Virus record (IMG/VR): IMGVR_UViG_2541047843_000002
Reading direction: 5' to 3' (one strand)
Length of the DNA: 38,669 bases
From: a virus
Taxonomy: Duplodnaviria > Heunggongvirae > Uroviricota > Caudoviricetes
Shown: positions 1-10,068 of the stretch, piece by piece
How positions within the stretch are numbered: position 1 is the first letter of the stretch
How the letters are laid out: each line of letters opens with the position of its first letter
Notes under the pieces: generated by a model
Told to the model about the DNA's origin: nothing
Database searches by the model: none
The model's input: the letters and a program-made list of their open reading frames with translations, nothing else
Made by a program: the position numbers and the translations under genes

Positions 1-1143
1 CTATGCTGTTTTGATATCTACGATAATCCAGTCTTTACCACGATCATCATTGTATCGGTCGGTCATTTTTCTGGATTTATGGCCTAACAACTTTTGCGTA
101 TCCAGACCCTGTTCCCGATATAACCGTTCTGACAGAGATCGCTGCTCATGAAATGTGGGCGCAGTTCCTTGCTCCCATTTTATGCCACATTTTTCCCGGG
201 CCTTTTTAAAAGCCGTTGTCAGAGTATTCGCAGAAACCTGGTCTCCTCTGTTTGCTTGAGAGGTAGTGTGACGGTAATGGACCAGATATTTACTAACAAC
301 AGCATCCCTGCACTGAGATATAACTTCACGAAGGGTAATATTCAGAGCATCGCATTTCAGGTTAAGCGGAATAGCAAGTTTTGAACCGGTTTTTTCCTGA
401 GTAATGTGCAACATGTCGTCCCATATATCAGAGAATTTCAAATTGCAGATATCGCCTAAACGTTGTCCAGTAACAAGAGCAAGTAGCATGCCGCATTTTA
501 AATAGGGCTGCCGTCTGCTTACGCTGTCAAATATTGCCTGCCATTCGGGCAGTGACAATCTTTGGCGGTTTACTCGATTTCGTGGTTGTTTTGTTGCCTG
601 CGCTGGGTTAAATCCTGGCGGAACATGTCCTGCGTGTTGTGCTTCTTTGAAGACGTCGATCAACACCATTCTCACGACTTGCGCCATCCTGTTATGACCT
701 TCAGCCTTTACAGCATCAATTATTTCGGCAATATCAAGTGCGGTAATATCCTTGAGGTGTTGCATTCCACAATGCTCACGGAAAAGACGAATGGGTTTGC
801 CTTTTTGCCGATAGGAGTTGGGTCTTAGTTCATTATGTTGCAGCCTGTCCTCTTGGATAGAAATATATTTATCAAGCCATTCTGTCACCGTAATGTCTGA
901 GCGCCTGCCTTTCATTCTTTCCAGACGCTCATTGACGCTTAATATTTGTCTGGTACGTTGTTCAGCAATAATGGTATTTGCTTCAGTAGCAACTTGTTTT
1001 GCTTCATTCTCATCAGTTCCTAAGCTATGAAAACGACCGGATAGTGGATGTTTGTATTGCCAATATACCTTTCCGGTTCGCTTATCTAATTTGCAATATA
1101 AATTGGGTATAGAGATTTTGTGAGATCGGGGTCTAGCAGCCAT
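1..1143 (-). CDS. int: phage integrase (tyrosine recombinase)
   Basis: 380-aa ORF with stop codon at 1-3; C-terminal region resembles the lambda Int catalytic region (PTFHEQRSLSERLY..LLGHKS..RY) but the protein is not lambda Int; overlaps xis by 11 nt. Confidence 0.9.
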   Translation of the reverse strand: MAARPRSHKISIPNLYCKLDKRTGKVYWQYKHPLSGRFHSLGTDENEAKQVATEANTIIAEQRTRQILSVNERLERMKGRRSDITVTEWLDKYISIQEDRLQHNELRPNSYRQKGKPIRLFREHCGMQHLKDITALDIAEIIDAVKAEGHNRMAQVVRMVLIDVFKEAQHAGHVPPGFNPAQATKQPRNRVNRQRLSLPEWQAIFDSVSRRQPYLKCGMLLALVTGQRLGDICNLKFSDIWDDMLHITQEKTGSKLAIPLNLKCDALNITLREVISQCRDAVVSKYLVHYRHTTSQANRGDQVSANTLTTAFKKAREKCGIKWEQGTAPTFHEQRSLSERLYREQGLDTQKLLGHKSRKMTDRYNDDRGKDWIIVDIKTA

Positions 1144-1369
1144 CAGCGATTATCCTTTGGAGTTTTGGGTTTGCGTTTATTGGGAGTTGCGGTTCTGCAA
1201 GCGTTCCTACAAAACGGGAATTTCGGTCAATCATCCAGTAGCGACCAACTTTTATAGCGGGTGGGGCCATCATTTTCCCTTGCGCGTATTTTTTCAGAAC
1301 TCGCTCACTTGGTGCTAAGTCCCCAAATTCTTCTTTAGCCCAGTCCTGTAAAGTGATTAGTCGAGACAT
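1133..1369 (-). CDS. xis: excisionase-like protein
   Basis: 78-aa ORF immediately upstream of and overlapping int, the typical xis position; small basic protein; identity assigned by position and size. Confidence 0.7.
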   Translation of the reverse strand: MSRLITLQDWAKEEFGDLAPSERVLKKYAQGKMMAPPAIKVGRYWMIDRNSRFVGTLAEPQLPINANPKLQRIIADGC

Positions 1370-1508
1370 TTGTCCTCCTCTTAGCTGCTGAGGGAGTTTG
1401 TGACCGATATATCTGACATGATATTAAGCTCATGGCAGGTACATCTCTTGACTGGTCATAGAGATAAATTTAATGCTGAGAAATGCAGTATTGAATTTAT
1501 CAATTTTT

Positions 1509-1748
1509 CTATTTCCTGCGCATGTCACGTAACTTCTTAATGTGTTCTGCCGTTTCGATCTCTTCTGCTATCCGATCTGCATCAGCTTTATTCACAGGTT
1601 CAAAGTCATGATTAAAGCGGAACATGCTGGCGATACATGTTCTGCCTTTTCGGATGTAGTGAACTTTGTTGTGGGTAGAACGCAGGATTTTGCAGGGAGT
1701 GCCGTGGTGGTCGACGTACCAGGTGTTAGGGTCAATCACTCTGAACAT
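1509..1748 (-). CDS. hypothetical early-left accessory protein (79 aa)
   Basis: ORF tiled with neighbouring minus-strand genes in the int-proximal accessory region; no motif recognised. Confidence 0.5.
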   Translation of the reverse strand: MFRVIDPNTWYVDHHGTPCKILRSTHNKVHYIRKGRTCIASMFRFNHDFEPVNKADADRIAEEIETAEHIKKLRDMRRK

Positions 1749-2061
1749 TCTTGACCTTGTGTTGTGCGGATTGATATTCAGTGCTGATATTCACCTTTAT
1801 AGCGAACACCTTTACCGGTTTATCGCCAAAGTGCGGATGTGTGATTGTCTTCACTTCATATCCGTCATACGGAACATCAATTCTGCGACTGGAATCGTCG
1901 CGCTTCGGATATCCCTTTGTGATAATCAGGCGGTCATATTCCCGGAACATAATTCGCTTATTCCAGTAGTCATTACACAAGCGATACTCTTCCGTTTTCT
2001 CTCCGCGAATCATGGCATCGAAGTATTCACTTTTAACAGCAAGTTGCAGGTTAGCCATCAC
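1732..2061 (-). CDS. hypothetical protein, possibly ASCH/PUA-like fold (109 aa)
   Basis: ORF overlapping neighbours by a few nt (operon-like tiling); domain assignment from memory only. Confidence 0.45.
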   Translation of the reverse strand: MMANLQLAVKSEYFDAMIRGEKTEEYRLCNDYWNKRIMFREYDRLIITKGYPKRDDSSRRIDVPYDGYEVKTITHPHFGDKPVKVFAIKVNISTEYQSAQHKVKNVQSD

Positions 2062-2279
2062 TTAATCCCCCTTTGTTTGCGGATAAGCTCCAGATCTTGC
2101 TGGCAACTGGCGCAAGTCCGACAACCCTGAACGGCCAGGCGTCTTCGTTCATCTATCGGATCGCCACACTCACAACAATGAGTGGCAGATACAGCCAGGT
2201 AGTTCAGGCGGCGCATTTTTATTGCTGTGTTGCGCTGTAATTCTTCTATTTCTGATGCTGAATCAATGATGTCTGCCAT
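2058..2279 (-). CDS. TraR/DksA-family C4 zinc-finger protein
   Basis: 73-aa ORF with CxxC...CxxC motif (CCECGDP...CRTCASC) typical of phage TraR-like proteins. Confidence 0.7.
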   Translation of the reverse strand: MADIIDSASEIEELQRNTAIKMRRLNYLAVSATHCCECGDPIDERRRLAVQGCRTCASCQQDLELIRKQRGIK

Positions 2280-2472
2280 CTTTCATTAATCCCTGAACTG
2301 TTGGTTAATACGCTTGAGGGTGAATGCGAACAATAAAAAAGGAGCCTGTAGCTCCCTGATAATTTTGCTTTTCATGTTCATCGTTCCTTAAAGACGCCGT
2401 TTAACATGCCGATTGCCAGGCTTAAATGAGTCGGTGTGAATCCCTTCAGCGTTACCGTTTCGCGGTGCTTCT

Positions 2473-2655
2473 TCAGTACGCTACGGCAAATGTCATTGAC
2501 GTTTTTGGAAACTGCTGTCTGACTTTTTTGATTTCAGAATTAGCCTGACGGGCAATGCTGCGAAGGGCGTTTTCTTGCTGAGGTGTCACTGAACAAGCCC
2601 CATGTCGGCAAGCATAAGCACACAGAATATGAAGCCCGCTGCCAGAAAAATGCAT
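2473..2655 (-). CDS. small hypothetical protein (lambda orf61 position)
   Basis: 60-aa ORF tiled directly after the orf63-like gene. Confidence 0.4.
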   Translation of the reverse strand: MHFSGSGLHILCAYACRHGACSVTPQQENALRSIARQANSEIKKVRQQFPKTSMTFAVAY

Positions 2656-2665
2656 TCAGTGGTTG

Positions 2666-2857
2666 TCATACCTGGTCTCTCTCATCTGCTTCTGCTTTCG
2701 CCACCATCATTTCCAGCTTTTGTGAAAGGGATGTGGCTAACGTATGAAATTCTTCGTCTGTTTCTGCTGGTATTGGCACAAACCTGACTCCAATTTGAGC
2801 AAGGCTATGTGCCAAATCAATACTCGTTCTTAACTCAACAGGAGATGCTTTGTGCAT
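2666..2857 (-). CDS. lambda orf63-like small protein
   Basis: 63-aa ORF downstream of exo in the leftward operon; matches my recollection of lambda orf63. Confidence 0.55.
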   Translation of the reverse strand: MHKASPVELRTSIDLAHSLAQIGVRFVPIPAETDEEFHTLATSLSQKLEMMVAKAEADERDQV

Positions 2858-3018
2858 ACCGCCCCCCGTTTATTATTTATCTCCTCAGCCAGCCGCTGGG
2901 CTTTCAGCGGATTTCGGATAACAGAAAGACCGTGAAATACCCAGCCTCGCTTTGTAACGGAGTAGACGAAAGTGATCGCGCCTACCCGGATATTATCGTG
3001 AGGATGGGTCATCGCCAT
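2830..3018 (-). CDS. lambda orf60a-like small protein
   Basis: 62-aa ORF overlapping the exo 3' end by 10 nt and orf63 by 28 nt, as small genes do downstream of exo in lambda. Confidence 0.45.
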   Translation of the reverse strand: MAMTHPHDNIRVGAITFVYSVTKRGWVFHGLSVIRNPLKAQRLAEEINNKRGAVCTKHLLLS

Positions 3019-3689
3019 TGCTCTCCAAATACAAAACCAATTTCAGCCAGTGCTTCGTCCATTTTTTCGATGAACTCCGGCACCATCTCGTCAAAACTCG
3101 CCATGTACTTTTCATCCCGCTCAACCACGACATAATGCAGGCCTTCACGCTTCATTCGTGGGTCATAGTTGGCAAAGTACCAGGCATCTTTTCGTGTCAC
3201 CCACATGCTGTACTGCACCTGGGCCATGTAAGCCGACTTTATGGCCTCGAAACCACCGAGCCGGAACTTCATGAAATCCCGGGAGGTAAACGGGCATTTC
3301 AGCTCAAGGCCATTGCCGTCACTGCATAAACCATCGGGAGAGCAGGCGGTGCGCATACTTTCGTCGCGATAGATGATCGGGGATTCAGTAACATTCACGC
3401 CGGAAGTGAATTCAAACAGGGTTCTGGCGTCGTTCTCGTACTGTTTTCCCCACGCCAGCGCCTTAGCATTAACTTCCGGAGCCACACCGGTGCAAACCTC
3501 AGCCAGCAGGGTGTGGAAGTAGGACATTTTCATGTCAGGCCACTTCTTTCCTGAGCGGGGCTTTGCTATCACGTTGTGAACTTCTGAAGCGGTGATGACG
3601 CCGAGCCGTAATTTGTGCCATGCATCATCCCCCTGTTCGACAGCTCTCACGTCGATCCCGGTACGCTGCAGGATAATGTCCGGTGTCAT
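3009..3689 (-). CDS. exo: lambda exonuclease (Red alpha)
   Basis: 226-aa protein essentially identical to lambda Exo as recalled ([43 protein letters not shown]...). Confidence 0.95.
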   Translation of the reverse strand: MTPDIILQRTGIDVRAVEQGDDAWHKLRLGVITASEVHNVIAKPRSGKKWPDMKMSYFHTLLAEVCTGVAPEVNAKALAWGKQYENDARTLFEFTSGVNVTESPIIYRDESMRTACSPDGLCSDGNGLELKCPFTSRDFMKFRLGGFEAIKSAYMAQVQYSMWVTRKDAWYFANYDPRMKREGLHYVVVERDEKYMASFDEMVPEFIEKMDEALAEIGFVFGEQWR

Positions 3690-4471
3690 GCTGCCACCTT
3701 CTGCTCAGTGGCTTTCTGTTTCAGGAATCCAAGAGCTTTCACTGCTTCGGCCTGTGTCAGTTCTGACGATGCGCGAATGTCGCGGCGAAATATCTGGGAA
3801 CAGAGCGGCAATAAGTCGTCATCCCATGTTTTGTCCAGGGCAATCAGCAGAGTGTTAATCTCCTGCATGGTTTCATCGTTAACCGGAGTGATGTCGCGTT
3901 CCGGCTGACGTTCTGCAGTGTATGCGGTATTTTCGACAATGCGCTCGGCTTCATCCTTGTCATAGATACCAGCAAATCCGAAGGCCAGACGGGCACACTG
4001 AATCATGGCTTTATGCCGTAACATCCGTTTGGGATGCGACTGCCACGGCCCCGTGATTTCTCTGCCTTCGCGGGTTTTGAATGGTTCGCGGCGGCATTCA
4101 TCCATCCACTCGGTAACGCAGATCGGATGATTGCGGTCTTTGCGGTAAATCCGGCATGTACATGATTCATTGTCCTGCTCAAAGTCCATACCATCAAACT
4201 GCTGGTTTTCATTGATGATGCGGGACCAGCCATCAACGCCCACCACCGGAACAATGCCGTTCTGCTTATCAGGGAAGGCGTAAATTTCTTTCGTCCACGG
4301 ATTAAGGCCGTACTGGTTGGCGACGATCAACAATGCGATGAACTGCGCATCGCTGGCATCACCTTTAAATGCCGTCTGGCGAAGAGTGGTGATCAGTTCC
4401 TGTGGGTCGACAGAATCCATGCCGACACGTTCAGCCAGCTTCCCTGCCAGCGTTGCGAGTGCTGTACTCAT
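3686..4471 (-). CDS. bet: Red beta single-strand annealing protein
   Basis: 261-aa protein matching lambda Bet; 4-nt overlap with exo. Confidence 0.95.
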   Translation of the reverse strand: MSTALATLAGKLAERVGMDSVDPQELITTLRQTAFKGDASDAQFIALLIVANQYGLNPWTKEIYAFPDKQNGIVPVVGVDGWSRIINENQQFDGMDFEQDNESCTCRIYRKDRNHPICVTEWMDECRREPFKTREGREITGPWQSHPKRMLRHKAMIQCARLAFGFAGIYDKDEAERIVENTAYTAERQPERDITPVNDETMQEINTLLIALDKTWDDDLLPLCSQIFRRDIRASSELTQAEAVKALGFLKQKATEQKVAA

Positions 4472-4476
4472 CCGTT

Positions 4477-4773
4477 TTATACCTCTGAATCAATATCAGC
4501 CTGATGGTGAGCAATGGTTTCAACTATGTACCGGATGTGTTCTGCCATGCGCTCCTGAAACTCAACATCGTCATCAAACGCACGGGTAATGGCTTTTTTG
4601 CTGGCCCCGTGGCGTTGTAAATGATCGATGCATAGCGATTCAAACAGGTGCTGGGGCAGGCCTTTTTCCATGTCGTCTGCCAGTTCTGCCTCTTTCTCTT
4701 CACGGGCGATCTGCTGGTAGTGACGCGCCCAGCTCTGAGCCTCAAGACGATCCTGAATGTAATAAGCGTTCAT
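4477..4773 (-). CDS. gam: Gam, RecBCD inhibitor (98-aa short form)
   Basis: [21 protein letters not shown]...IDSEV matches lambda GamS. Confidence 0.95.
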   Translation of the reverse strand: MNAYYIQDRLEAQSWARHYQQIAREEKEAELADDMEKGLPQHLFESLCIDHLQRHGASKKAITRAFDDDVEFQERMAEHIRYIVETIAHHQADIDSEV

Positions 4774-4848
4774 GGCTGAACTCCTGAAAATGGCTGTGAA
4801 AATATCGCCCGCGAAATGCCAGGCTGATTAGGAAAACAGGAAAGGGGG

Positions 4849-4992
4849 TTAGTGAATGCTTTTGCTTGATCTCAGTTTCAGTATTAATATCCATTTTTTA
4901 TAAGCGTCGACGGCCTCACGAAACATCTTTTCATCGCCAATAAAAGTGGCGATAGTGAATTTAGTCTGGATAGCCATAATTGTTTGATCCAT
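4849..4992 (-). CDS. kil: Kil, FtsZ-targeting host-killing peptide
   Basis: Internal ATG of the track ORF 4849..5037 gives [47 protein letters not shown] (47 aa), the lambda Kil sequence as recalled; start lies inside the cIII 3' end as in lambda. Confidence 0.85.
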   Translation of the reverse strand: MDQTIMAIQTKFTIATFIGDEKMFREAVDAYKKWILILKLRSSKSIH

Positions 4993-5083
4993 TTTTTGGG
5001 ACTCCTGGCTGTGAAGTGGTTTACTGAATTTGGCCACCTGAACAGAGGTGATATGCTCACCTCAGAACAACACAGGTGCCATA

Positions 5084-6231
<1,148 letters not shown>

Positions 6232-6450
6232 CTCGGTGGCCAGTTTTTGTTGACCACTTCACTGATTAAGTATGTCGATAAGGCGTTTCCATCCGTCACG
6301 TAATTTACGGGTGATTCGTTCAAGTAAAGATTCGGAAGGGCAGCCAGCAACAGGCCACCCTGCAATGGCATATTGCATGGTGTGCTCCTTATTTATACAT
6401 AACGAAAAACGCCTCGAGTGAAGCGTAATTGGTATGCGGTAACGCCGCGC

Positions 6451-6819
6451 TCAGGCGGCCTTGATAGTCATATCATCTGAATCAAATATTCCTGATGTAT
6501 CGATATCGGTAATTCTTATTCCTTCACTACCATCCATTGGAGGCCATCCTTCCTGACCATTTCCATCATTCCAGTCGAACTCACACACAACACCATATGC
6601 ATTTAAGTCGCTTGAAATTGCTATAAGCAGAGCATGTTGCGCCAGCATGATTAATACAGCATTTAATACAGAGCCGTGTTTATTGAGTCGGTATTCAGAG
6701 TCTGACCAGAAATTATTAATCTGGTGAAGTTTTTCCTCTGTCATTACGTCATGGTCAATTTCAATTTCTATTGATGCTTTCCAGTCGTAATCAATGATGT
6801 ATTTTTTGATGTTTGACAT
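6451..6819 (-). CDS. ea10: Ea10-like early protein
   Basis: 122-aa ORF between cIII and ral; matches lambda Ea10 as recalled. Confidence 0.75.
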   Translation of the reverse strand: MSNIKKYIIDYDWKASIEIEIDHDVMTEEKLHQINNFWSDSEYRLNKHGSVLNAVLIMLAQHALLIAISSDLNAYGVVCEFDWNDGNGQEGWPPMDGSEGIRITDIDTSGIFDSDDMTIKAA

Positions 6820-6838
6820 CTATTCATATCCTCATAGA

Positions 6839-6865
6839 TAAAAAATCGCCCTCACACTGGAGGGC
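6839..6865 (-). terminator. candidate intrinsic terminator in the leftward operon (between ral and ea10)
   Basis: On the minus strand GCCCTC-CAGTGT-GAGGGC hairpin followed by GATTTTTTA. Confidence 0.4.
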
Positions 6866-7001
6866 AAAGAAGATTTCCAATAATCAGAACAAGTCGGCTC
6901 CTGTTTAGTTACGAGCGACATTGCTCCGTGTATTCACTCGTTGGAATGAATACACAGTGCAGTGTTTATTCTGTTATTTATGCCAAAAATAAAGGCCACT
7001 A

Positions 7002-7202
7002 TCAGGCAGCTTTGTTGTTCTGTTTACCAAGTTCTCTGGCAATCATTGCCGTCGTTCGTATTGCCCATTTATCGACATATTTCCCATCTTCCATTACAGG
7101 AAACATTTCTTCAGGCTTAACCATGCATTCCGATTGCAGCTTGCATCCATTGCATCGTTTGAATTGTCCACACCATTGATTTGTATCAATAGTCGTAGTC
7201 AT
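7002..7202 (-). CDS. ral: Ral, restriction alleviation protein
   Basis: 66-aa protein MTTTIDTNQWCGQFKRCNGCKLQSECMVKPEEMFPVMEDGKYVDKWAIRTTAMIARELGKQNNKAA matches lambda Ral. Confidence 0.9.
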   Translation of the reverse strand: MTTTIDTNQWCGQFKRCNGCKLQSECMVKPEEMFPVMEDGKYVDKWAIRTTAMIARELGKQNNKAA

Positions 7203-7272
7203 ACGGATAGTCCTGGTATTGTTCCATCACATCTTGAGGATGCTCTTCGAACTCTTCAAATTCTTCTTCCAT
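7186..7272 (-). CDS. 28-codon acidic ORF upstream of ral (lambda orf28-like?)
   Basis: ATG at 7272, MEEEFEEFEEHPQDVMEQYQDYPYDYDY, stop overlapping the ral start; too short for the ORF track. Confidence 0.3.
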   Translation of the reverse strand: MEEEFEEFEEHPQDVMEQYQDYPYDYDY

Positions 7273-7415
7273 ATATCACCTTAAATAGTGGATTGCGGTA
7301 GTAAAGATTGTGCCTGTCTTTTAACCACATCAGGCTCGGTGGTTCTCGTGTACCCCTACAACGAGAAATCGGATAAACTCTATTCACCCCTACAGAGAGC
7401 AAAAGAGAAACGCCG

Positions 7416-7997
7416 ATGAACAACTCATGGTGGCAGGAACTAATGCATTTTTTCCTGCAAGGAATGACACTTAAACAGTTGATTCATATGCTAATCATCC
7501 TGATCATATTGATTATTGTTATGCCGGTAAGCGTAAAAGAATGGATAAACCTGCATAATCCAGAAATCCTTCCTCATTACTGGATGTATTACATCCTGTT
7601 GTTTTGCGTTAGCTATGTGCTTAACGGCGTTGTTAATTCCGCTTATCACGCTGTGACTGAAAGAATTGAGGTATTCGCTGCTCAGAAGCGCAAATCTAAA
7701 GAAGAAAAATATGTGCAAGATTTGTTTGATTCGTTAACTCTTGGAGAAAGAGCGTATTTGGCATTCGCTGTAGCCGCTAATAACCAGCTACAAACGGAAA
7801 AGGGCGCTCATGAATCAATTTCATTGCTCAAAAAAGGACTCCTCGTTCGAAGGCCTCCTGCTGTTGGATATCCTGATACCGACCGTTTCGTTATCCCTGA
7901 AAGCTATAGACATGAGTGCTACATTAGGTTTGCCGGGAAGGCAGACAGCCTTATGGATGAACTTATCGCTCAGGATAAGCATGGCAAAAACAAGTAA
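7416..7997 (+). CDS. sieB: SieB superinfection exclusion protein
   Basis: 193-aa protein with N-terminal hydrophobic segments, opposite in orientation to the leftward operon between ral and N as in lambda. Confidence 0.85.
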   Translation: MNNSWWQELMHFFLQGMTLKQLIHMLIILIILIIVMPVSVKEWINLHNPEILPHYWMYYILLFCVSYVLNGVVNSAYHAVTERIEVFAAQKRKSKEEKYVQDLFDSLTLGERAYLAFAVAANNQLQTEKGAHESISLLKKGLLVRRPPAVGYPDTDRFVIPESYRHECYIRFAGKADSLMDELIAQDKHGKNK

Positions 7998-8013
7998 TTA
8001 GCAAATGAATTTA

Positions 8014-8286
8014 TCATCTCGCCGTCAGTTGTTTTGATTTCCGGTAGCCTGCCGCGTAAAGAGCTACGTTCGGAAGACAAGTTGAACCTTCATATTTTCT
8101 GGTCAACGTTGTCAGAGTTATCACTTCTGCTCTCATTGCTGGTTTGAGCTTGCATTGCAAGACCACTCGTGAAGGGGTTGGCCTGTGTAGCTTGTCGGAG
8201 CTGATCGCCTCCTGACTTTGCAGATTTGCGCGACGAGCTCTACGGCGAGAAGCTGCGGTGCCTTTAAATTCTGTTTTTCTGGACAT
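8014..8286 (-). CDS. N: N-type transcription antiterminator (non-lambda N)
   Basis: Internal start MSRKTEFKGTAASRRRARRANLQ gives an arginine-rich motif N-terminus; GGGAGGAA RBS upstream; first gene downstream of pL/nutL; C-terminus recalls the N family of Stx phages H-19B/933W (from memory). Confidence 0.75.
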   Translation of the reverse strand: MSRKTEFKGTAASRRRARRANLQSQEAISSDKLHRPTPSRVVLQCKLKPAMRAEVITLTTLTRKYEGSTCLPNVALYAAGYRKSKQLTAR

Positions 8287-8385
8287 GGATTCCTCCCGAA
8301 TAAACTTTGGCGATGCAATCTCGAAGCTCCTCCTGAGACGGTTGCTTCGGCATTGCATCCCACAGCTTATGTGGTTGGGTGATCT

Positions 8386-8429
8386 GGCTTTTCAGCCACG
8401 TAGTCGAGAGTCGACGTTGTTTAAAGAGC
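8386..8429 (-). promoter_or_regulatory. nutL: boxA (GCTCTTTAAACAA) plus boxB hairpin (GGCT-GAAAA-AGCC) separated by a 23-nt spacer containing a small dyad
   Basis: Read on the minus strand in the leader between pL and N; same architecture and the same GAAAA pentaloop recur at nutR. Confidence 0.55.
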
Positions 8430-8475
8430 CTGCCAGTCTGTTCCATTTGGCTTCCAGCGTCCTGCTGACGGTTAA

Positions 8476-8504
8476 ATAGTACGATATGTACTTTACAAGA
8501 TCAA
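8476..8504 (-). promoter_or_regulatory. candidate pL promoter (-35 TTGATC, 17-nt spacer, -10 TACTAT) with overlapping palindromes (candidate OL operators)
   Basis: Minus-strand sigma70-like hexamers about 190 nt upstream of N; palindromes AGTACGATATGTACT (8478-8492) and TACAATTTGTTGTA (8505-8518) overlap the -10 and -35. Confidence 0.4.
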
Positions 8505-8697
8505 TACAATTTGTTGTAAGTTGGCGTGGTTTTTTATAACGCTTTGTATTTAATAGTGTTGTTTTTTAGCGTGGATGTATTGCCTCGGCGATGTAAGGAG
8601 AGATCAGAATTGCGTGGTTTAGTGGGTTGCATCTATTTATTTTTCAATAAATATAATTGGTTATGTGTTTTTAGGTGGGCGAACGTGAGGCAAAGAA

Positions 8698-8719
8698 AAC
8701 CCGGCGCTGAGGCCGGGTT
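8698..8719 (-). terminator. intrinsic terminator ending the cI operon (t-imm analogue)
   Basis: AACCCGGC / GCCGGGTT 8-bp stem with 6-nt loop, followed on the minus strand by TTCTTTG; sits 3 nt after the stop of the 250-aa gene. Confidence 0.5.
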
Positions 8720-8722
8720 GTA

Positions 8723-9475
8723 TTATGCTGCAAGTCTCTTAACCCAAGTCTCTCTTTTGGAGAATGGTAGAACTTGGCTTGATTCATGGAAGAGTAAGGA
8801 GAGTTGTTGCATTTGATCACCAATTGCTTCGCTGTCTATAACAACAAATCTGTTGTTATACTCCTCACTTGAAGCTTTAAGATCAATTAGTTTCCCAAGC
8901 AATGAGTAAGCACTATTCCAGCTTCCTCCGTGTTTCACGCTTGATGTAAAAACGTATTTAGGTATGTCGGTTTTTATTGTTACAGGGACGGTAATTTGAT
9001 GTCCACTCAAGCCATATACGTTTTCACGAAGAGAAAGTGCGTCTCTAAGCTCTGTGTGATATAGATAATCAATAACCATACTTTCAAACTTTTCAGCTTG
9101 AACTGGCTGATACCAGTCTAACGACAAAGTTGATGCGAGTATACCAGCTCTAATTATGTTCGATGTAATCGCACCGACATCCTTTTCTGTTGCCCAAGCA
9201 ATGATTTCTCCTCGAGCATTGAGTTCTGCGCCTTCTTTAAGCAGTAATTGTCGTATCTCATCAAGTCGTTTTTTGGTAAGCGAGATCCCTCTTGCCTCCA
9301 TATTCATTAAGGCATCGCATCTGTCACTAACTAAATACCTACCATTGACTTCACGGATAAAGGCACCGACATGCTCTCCATCATCACAGTAAGTGAATGG
9401 ACTGATAATTCTCAAGGTCTTGCCTATTGGATGGCATTCGAAACCTAGTTGTGAGATCACTGTTGAGCACATCAT
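8723..9475 (-). CDS. hypothetical protein, 250 aa; second gene of the cI-linked accessory operon (candidate defence/exclusion component)
   Basis: ORF whose ATG overlaps the stop of the upstream gene (ATGA); terminator immediately downstream; no domain recognised; no obvious transmembrane segment. Confidence 0.65.
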   Translation of the reverse strand: MMCSTVISQLGFECHPIGKTLRIISPFTYCDDGEHVGAFIREVNGRYLVSDRCDALMNMEARGISLTKKRLDEIRQLLLKEGAELNARGEIIAWATEKDVGAITSNIIRAGILASTLSLDWYQPVQAEKFESMVIDYLYHTELRDALSLRENVYGLSGHQITVPVTIKTDIPKYVFTSSVKHGGSWNSAYSLLGKLIDLKASSEEYNNRFVVIDSEAIGDQMQQLSLLFHESSQVLPFSKRETWVKRLAA

Positions 9476-10029
9476 ATTCCAAACCCCATTTGCCCCGACT
9501 CATCTTCAAGCGGTAAAGGTATTCTCCCAGAGTAAGTTATGTTCAGATGTTTACAGAAGTAATTCCAATACCCTACCAGGTCATCTGGGTTTATGTCATC
9601 TTCGATTGGAAACGCTATTCTATCACTATAGTATCCAGCTTCTTCATAGTATACATGGTAGTGAGCACCGTAAATGATATCTTGGTACTTCGGATGATCG
9701 ACCTTGTAACTATTCGTGTGTTTGTCAAAGTGATAGGTATCTACCGCGAAAACCCTCTTGTTATGATAGAAAGCAATAATATTTATTTTAGGGTAAGAAA
9801 TCGGGTCATCAGGTTCTGAATCCTGATCTGGTTTCCATTTCAGTTCAAACTTTAGCCCTTGTATAGGTATACAATCCTCATCCAAGGGGATGATATGGGC
9901 TTGTAGCCACATATCAGAGCGACTTGGTTTCTGTTTCCATTTAACGCCAGAAAAGTTAACTATTTTTTTACAATAAAGTACTTTATCAACTTCTACTTGG
10001 CTTGGCTGATAATCATCTATTTTTGCCAA
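9472..10029 (-). CDS. hypothetical protein, 185 aa; first gene of the cI-linked accessory operon (candidate defence/exclusion component)
   Basis: ORF begins 39 nt after the cI stop; only upstream in-frame start is TTG at 10029 (first ATG is codon 40 at 9912); Tyr/Asp/His-rich; no domain recognised. Confidence 0.6.
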   Translation of the reverse strand: MAKIDDYQPSQVEVDKVLYCKKIVNFSGVKWKQKPSRSDMWLQAHIIPLDEDCIPIQGLKFELKWKPDQDSEPDDPISYPKINIIAFYHNKRVFAVDTYHFDKHTNSYKVDHPKYQDIIYGAHYHVYYEEAGYYSDRIAFPIEDDINPDDLVGYWNYFCKHLNITYSGRIPLPLEDESGQMGFGI

Positions 10030-10068
10030 TGTTTACCGCCCTGTAAATTGTAGATAAAAGTGGTTTCA

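Noticed and set aside
4980-4981. Apparent frameshift in kil and the cIII 3' end when I read the sequence lines by eye
   Set aside because: My character-level reading of line 4921 conflicts with the ORF track, which gives an intact kil ORF; I treated this as my own transcription error, trusted the track, and marked nearby hand-derived coordinates as +/-1.
8526-8816. 96-aa plus-strand ORF across the pL/terminator region
   Set aside because: It overlaps the candidate pL promoter, the terminator hairpin and the 3' end of the 250-aa gene; AT-rich; likely a chance ORF.
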